DNA from: Chrysomallon squamiferum
Taxonomy: Eukaryota; Animalia; Mollusca
DNA: 64,000 nucleotides
Direction of reading: 5' to 3'
Assembly (NCBI GenBank): GCA_012295275.1
Contig: CM022679.1
Location: 930,001 to 994,000 of the forward strand
Below, piece by piece: positions 56,881 through 64,000 of the stretch. The translations under genes were made by a program, and so were the position numbers. The first letter of the stretch is position 1. Each line of letters opens with the position of its first letter. The notes below the pieces were generated by a model. That model made no database searches, was not told the DNA's origin, and saw only the letters and a program-made list of their open reading frames with translations.

Positions 56881-58236
56881 AAAAATACTGTTATTAGAAA
56901 TACTGTTATTAGAAATACTGTTATTAGAAATACTGTTATTAGAAATACTAAGGACAAAATACTGTTATTAGAAATACTGTTATTAGAAATACTAAGGACA
57001 AAATACTGTTATTAGAAATACTAAGGACAAAATACTGTTATTAGAAATACTGTGTTATGAAAAATACTGTTATTAGAAATACTGTTATGAAAAATACTGT
57101 TATTAGAAATACTGTTATTAGAAATACTGTTATTAGAAATACTGTTATTAGAAATACTGTTATTAGAAATACTAAGGACAAAATACTGTTATTAGAAATA
57201 CTGTTATTAGAAATACTAAGGACAAAATACTGTTATTAGAAATACTGTTATTAGAAATACTGTGTTATGAAAAATACTGTTATTAGAAATACTGTTATGA
57301 AAAATACTGTTATTAGAAATACTGTTATTAGAAATACTGTTATTAGAAATACTGTTATTAGAAATACTAAGGACAAAATACTGTTATTAGAAATACTAAG
57401 GACAAAATACTGTTATTAGAAATACTACAATTAGAAATACTGTGTTATGAAAATACTGTTATTAGAAATACTGTTAGGAAAAATACTGTTAAAATACTGT
57501 TATTAGAAATACTGTTATTAGAAATACTGTTATTAGAAATACTAAGGACAAAATACTGTTATTAGAAATACTAAGGACAAAATACTGTTATTAGAAATAC
57601 TAAGGACAAAATACTGTTATTAGAAATACTAAGGACAAAATACTGTTATTAGAAATACTAAGGACAAAATACTGTTATTAGAAATACTGTTATTAGAAAT
57701 ACTGTGTTATGAAAAATACTGTTATTAGAAATACTGTTATTAGAAATACTGTTATTAGAAATACTGTTATTAGAAATACTGTTATTAGAAATACTGTTAT
57801 TAGAAATACTAAGGACAAAATACTGTTATTAGAAATACTGTTATTAGAAATACTAAGGACAAAATACTGTTATTAGAAATACTAAGGACAAAATACTGTT
57901 ATTAGAAATACTGGACAAAATACTGTTATTAGAAATACTGTTATGAAAAAAGGACTGTTATTAAAATACTGTTATTAGAAATATAAGGACAAAATACTGT
58001 TATTAGAAATACTAAGGACAAAATACTGTTATTAGAAATACTGTTATTAGAAATACTGTTATTAGAAATACTAAGGACAAAATACTGTTATTAGAAATAC
58101 TAAGGACAAAATACTGTTATTAGAAATACTAAGGACAAAATACTGTTATTAGAAATACTAAGGACAAAATACTGTTATTAGAAATACTAAGGACAAAATA
58201 CTGTTATTAGAAATACTAAGGACAAAATACTGTTAT
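56881..58236. repeat. 1.35-kb minisatellite of 15-bp (aatactgttattaga) and 29-bp (+aatactaaggacaa) units
   Basis: Seen directly. Confidence 0.97.
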
Positions 58237-61200
58237 ATAGATTAAACTAACTTCAAAATACAGAAATATATATTACAGTAACATCAAACATTGTGTCACA
58301 TAAATTGTAATATAAAAAGGTCACTACGGTGTGCCATATTAACTGTAGTAACATTAAAATAAATCTTGTTACAGAGATTATTCTACCTTCAAAATCCTGT
58401 TATGTAACTAAGACTAGCATAAAAACAGATAAACGTTAGTCAAGTAACCAGTTATATAACAAAAGCGTAACCAGATAAATAATAGTAAGATAATGAGATA
58501 AATAGTAATAACGTCACGAGATAAACTAGAGATACAAGGAACGTGACCAGACAAAGTGTAACACGTCAAATACTGTGTTATGTTCACAGAATAACGAATA
58601 ATGAAGAATATTACATTAAAAGAGAAACTTAAATTAATACCTGACTGTAGAACGAAATAGATGACACCAGATGATATTCCAAGGATGAAATTATCAAGCC
58701 ATCTGTTTTCCAGGTAACAGTTTCTGCTTTTCCTGGTTGAAGAAACACGTGGAACATGTTGAGTTGCGAGCACAGGAAATCACACATTCTACATGTGTGT
58801 CTGTCGGTACTGGAGCCGTGATGTTTGAAAAAACTATCACACTGTAGATACTGGCAATATACTGACTCATACAAATCATAGTCAGAAAGAAGTAATAAAG
58901 CAGTAGTCAAAAAAATATATAAATTGAAAAAATGAAAAGGCAATAGTAGGATTTAAAAATGAAACAGTAGTAGTCAGATATGAAACAGGAGTAGTCAGAT
59001 ATGAAAGAGGAGTAGACAGAAATCAAAATGAAACTAACTGATATATAAAAAAAAAATATGGAATTGAAACAGTAGCAGTAAAATATTGAAATAAAACAGT
59101 ACTAATCACATGACAAAATAAAAAGTCTGTAGTCATATATCAAAATGAAACAGTAATAGTCAGATATCAGACTTAAACAATAATAGTCAGATATCCAAAT
59201 GAAACAATAATAGATATAAAATTGAAAGAATAGTAGACAATATCAAAATGAAACAGTAGTAGACAGATATATCAAATAGAAATTGCAATAGTCAGATATC
59301 AGACTGAAGCAGTAGTAGACAGATGTAACACTGCAACTGTTGAGTTGACTCTATCATAGGAAATATAACTAGCTATTGATCTCATCATTGATTTCATTCT
59401 GTTGTTAGATGTCACGTTTGTAAGTATTCTCGTTTATTTGATTTTCTAGGAGAATAAGTTAGTGTGTTATTTAAACAAAGCTATAAAATAAATAACTGAT
59501 TAATTAACTTATTTCTCTCTATAATTTGTTTGCACTCCATCGGCTACACATACAGAAGTGACAGAGAAGACAATTAGAACTGATTAACAAAAGAAACCAG
59601 CAAGATTTCTTTGACACTTAATGAACGTACTCAAACAGTTTCAAGAAGAATAAGAAGAGGAAGAAGAGGATGACGAAAAGCAAGAAAAAAGAAGAACGAA
59701 ACCATTACTAATGTTTGACTTTATTAATATACGTGCATTGATGAAGAACGAACTCCTTCGTTACACAGTTTCAATTAACACATCTTTCTTGTTAACACTG
59801 ATTATAAATTAATCACTGTACTGAATTTCCTTCAAGTAAATGTAATGGAATTATAAAGAAACTTTCAATCTGAAAGAAGATTTTGAAAGAGAGTTTATGG
59901 ATGACTGGTTTGACTATTTTATTAAACGTACTGGATTGTTTAATGTTAGATGTCCAAGTGAATCAAGGCGAGGGTTTCAACAAGTTGCTACAAATATTGT
60001 AGTAGAATTAGAAAAGACTGGACAACAATTGTAACGGAGAGTCCGGGAAATGTAAAGGACATTTTAAACTGTACACAATAAACTAAAAAGTTTAAAAAAC
60101 ATAATTTCGTTCAGTGTTTCAGAGTAATTAATTGTTTTAGTGAAAGAGCAATAGTAATAATAATAATAATAATAAAAATAATAAAAATAATAATAATAAA
60201 TTTTAATAATAATTAAAAAGAAAACAAGAAAAAAGTAGAAAATGCCCAAATACAACAATAATAAAACAATAACAAGCAATAAATATATATATATATATAA
60301 AATAAAAGAAACAACTCCAACAAAAAAAAAAAAAAAAAAAAAAAAAAAATAAAATAAAATAAAATAAAATAAAAATCCGCAGATTTGCTTCAGTTGAAAT
60401 GTTCAGTATATTTCTATATTCGATTATAATCGTTTCATTTGATATGACGTTTTTATCGACCCACTAGGCGCGTAAAGCATGTCACGCTGTATGAATATCA
60501 TTAACAGATAATCAATTAATAGAATTTCTTTTATATTATATTTGGTTATTTCGCATACGGAATAGATGTACCTGTAACGTTCTTTTCACTAATCTAATTA
60601 CAATTGTTTGAGGTGGTTACACATAAATACGTGTAATATACAAACATATTTTAAACGATAAATCAACAAAATATACTTTTATATTACCGAGTTCTATAAA
60701 GGATTGGGATCCACTGAAATAAGCGGACATACACCCCACTGCTTTACAGAACAAACAACCGGGACTTATGTTTGACAGATAGAAAACAGGAATATGCTGT
60801 CATGAAATGTTACTGTATTATTATATTGCTTCGTGTTCAACGTTACAGTCAAGAAAAATAGTTTCATGTTGAATGTTACAGTATTGTTATGTAGCTTTAT
60901 GTTAATTGTAACGTAAATAAACAAATAAAGGTTGTCCTTCCTATTTCGAACACACACACAAACACACACATGTACATACACACATAATGCAAATATTCAT
61001 TCTGGAAAACTGTAAACCGCCGTCCTGCTCTGTTACTGGTTTTCACTGAAAATCAAGTTTAAAGTAATAATATAATTTTATTACTTTTATTCATTATTTT
61101 TACAAATTAAGACTAAAATATTATTTCTGTAATGCCTTAATGAATACTGTGTTTTTCCGTATGTTTTTAAAAAAAATTTTTTTATGTAAGATGTTTGTTT

Positions 61201-61762
61201 TCATACTTAAGGAATTTTTAACTGCAAATGACAATGTAATATAATTATATTTATTATGTTCATTATTCTTTATTTATTATTATTTTTGGGTTCAAGGTTT
61301 ACCGATAGTTAGAGTCTATCGTGCGTTTTTAAAGTTAGTTTTGTGGTGTTTGTCGTCATTTTGAAGCATTTGTAACATATTATGTATACAAATTTAGATT
61401 TGTAACTTGGAGATCAATTTTGTTATTTATATAGTAGCCAGCAGGATAACCGAAGTAACCACATAAATCAGTAACCTTCTGTGTGACTGTTTACAAGCTG
61501 GTGGATTTAAATAATCCACGTCATACAACCATAACAATTTCAGAGATGTTTGTTCTGAAAAAACAATAATAGTTTTAAAATTAATAATAATAGAAAAGAA
61601 AAATATTTAACAAGTCATTGTTTATCGTATATCAAGTTAATACAACACAATTTAGGCAAAACAAACAAATCCAGAAATTGAGAAATTGCCAGTCTCTTTC
61701 TAATTTGTGTTATAATTACAAAGAATTATGTTCTCTGGTATATTTTTCTCATTGTGTGTTAT

Positions 61763-63387
61763 TTAGATAACTTTTTCACAAATATATCGTGCAATTTTGT
61801 CACATGTGACATCAATCCAGCCGAACTCATACAACCCGAAGTCTAAATCCATGCAGAATTCTCCATCATTGTTGAAATTATCCGGTTCCCCTGATCCCCA
61901 AGTGGTGTAGCTCAACCGTGAGCCGTTCAGCCACGCCCAGTTACCGTTGTGACTCGGGTCGTGAACTCCCACGTGAAACAAGGTACGTTGATGATCTAGA
62001 AAATAAATACATAACTAGATGAGAAACCCGCTGTCAACTGGACATATACTGAAAACTGAATCGTATTCTTGGTGACACTGTATTACAATTTTTGGTGAAT
62101 ATGATACAAATTGTACCAAATGCATGGCTACCTTGTATCACACTGCTAACACCGATACTGTCAGTATTGAAGAATGAATAATTCGTTTATATTCTTCAAT
62201 TAATTTGTTCACTTCACAAACGAGAGAGACAGAGACGTTGTATATTACTGTTTTTTCTTTCTACTCACCAAGAGACAACATTTCCACAATGGCTGAGTTT
62301 TTCTGATGTGAGTCTAACTGTACAAGTCTCGCACCTTCTGACTGACATCTGTGTTGAGCTGAGAGCCACGTCTGTTCGTCTGATGACAACTTCACACACA
62401 GTGGACCTTTTCTGATCAAACGATAACCATCTGAGTTACACATTTCTGTAACCAAACACACAAAACATTTTGTTATACCGATTATACAAAACATTTGGTT
62501 ACAGAGATTAATAAAAATACCCATAGTCACAAACACGGAACACACGTTTTTCAAGATATTATTCATATACATTAAGACACAGAAACACAGACACAGATAA
62601 ACAGAAACATACAGACACATTCAGTCACATTCGCATAGGTATATCTGTAAGAATGAGCGTATAGAAACAACATGGGAGACTGTTAATCCTGTAAATAATG
62701 CGAGATTTGGAAAATATAATGTTATGCAAGATACTGTTTTTAGAACTACTTAGAACAAAATAGTGTTATGTAGATGTACTAGTATGAAAATACTGTTTTA
62801 TACAGATCATAATAACATCAAGATACTTATATAAATTATGCTAAGATCAAATACTCTTTTATATAGATTATACTGACATTAAAATATATGTAATGTAGAT
62901 TATACTAACCTAAAAAACACTATATATATATCATGCTAACATCAAATACAGTGATATGTAGATTATACTAAAATGCTGTGTTATTTAGTTTATCTGATCA
63001 AGTAATCAAAGGTGACACCCAAACAAACAGTTGTAGCGTATTCCAATATGATGAATAATAGTAACGTTACCAATAAACACGTAACCAGATAAATACTAAC
63101 AATATAACCAGACATACGCTAGTGAAGCAATAAGTTAAAATAAGAATATATACATATATACCAATGTAGGTGATACCAGGTGATATCACAACATTGAAAG
63201 TATCAAGCCATCTGTTTTCCAGGTAACAGTTTCTCTTTTCCTGGTTGAAGAAACACGTGGAACATGTTGAGTTGCGACCACAGGGAATCACACATGCTAT
63301 AAGTGTGTCTGTCGGTACTGGAACCATGGTGTTTGTAAAAACTAGCACGCTGTAGATACTGGCAATATACTGACTCATGGAAATCAT
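61763..63387 (-). CDS. PAN/Apple + C-type lectin domain protein, copy 5 (exons ~63387-63162, 62445-62269, 61995-61763; EPD / WID)
   Basis: Same structure. The PAN exon is 12 bp shorter at its 3' end (…GITYI G|GTATAT), with phase preserved. Confidence 0.85.
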
Positions 63388-64000
63388 TGTCCGACTTAAA
63401 TAATAAAGGAATAGTTTGAAAAATGAAAAAATGATGTAAATATATTTTCAGATATCCAAATGAAACTCTACTAGTCAGATATCAAACTGAATCAGCAGTA
63501 GTCGGAGATTTATATGAAACATCAGCAGTTAGATATATAAATGAAATATCAAAATCAAACAATAATAGTTACATACCAGAAAGAACCAGTACTAGTCAGA
63601 TATCAAAATAAAACAGTGATAGTCAGATATCAAAATAAAACTGTATAAGTCAAACTAAACAGTAGAAGACAGTTATCAGAATAAAACAGTAGTAATCAGA
63701 TACACAAACGAGACAGTAATAGTCCGGTACCAAAATGAAATAGTAGTAGTCACAAATCAAAATGTGACAACAATAACACACTTCAGCTTTTCAACTGATT
63801 CTTTGACAGCAACTATTGCAAAATATTGATCTTATCATTGTTTTCACCTATTGTTAATTCCCATGTTTGTCTGCAAACTGGTTTATTTGATCGCTTAGGA
63901 GAGCATGATTGTGTATTATTTTCAAGAAAGCTGTCATATAAATATCTGATTAATTAATTATTATTATTATTTTGTAACACGTCATCGATCACACGTACAA

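Larger units (their letters stand above)
54251..58879 (-). pseudogene. PAN/Apple + C-type lectin copy 4 (exons ~58879-58641, 55087-54911, 54483-54251; EPD / WID) with a +1 frameshift in the PAN exon (real or an assembly error)
   Basis: The PAN exon is 1 bp longer than its paralogs (tttctGCttttcctgg at 58721-58736). CTLD exons and splice sites are intact. Confidence 0.7.

Noticed and set aside
57057-57239. 60-aa ORF with NTVIR repeats
   Set aside because: It is a translation of the 15-bp minisatellite.

Overview
AT-rich, microsatellite-dense animal genomic DNA (invertebrate, probably a mollusc or other lophotrochozoan; this is inference). Most ORFs in the supplied track are translations of simple repeats. 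There are two real loci, both on the minus strand. (1) 393-34050: the 5' two-thirds of a Rab26/Rab37-family GTPase gene, which continues off the left edge. It has two alternative homologous N-terminal exon pairs (1A+2A at 34050/29247 and 1B+2B at 10254/7277), a shared 42-bp exon 3, and two tandem 67-bp copies of the switch-II exon (592-658 and 393-459) that look mutually exclusive, so up to four switch I x switch II combinations could come from one gene. The exon 2A splice donor has been amplified into a 54-bp minisatellite. (2) 36026-63387: a young tandem array of five 3-exon PAN/Apple + C-type lectin genes plus one orphan PAN exon. The sugar-binding exons are mosaic (EPN/EPD), one copy has a frameshift, and two copies share a LINE insertion that was deleted differently in each.
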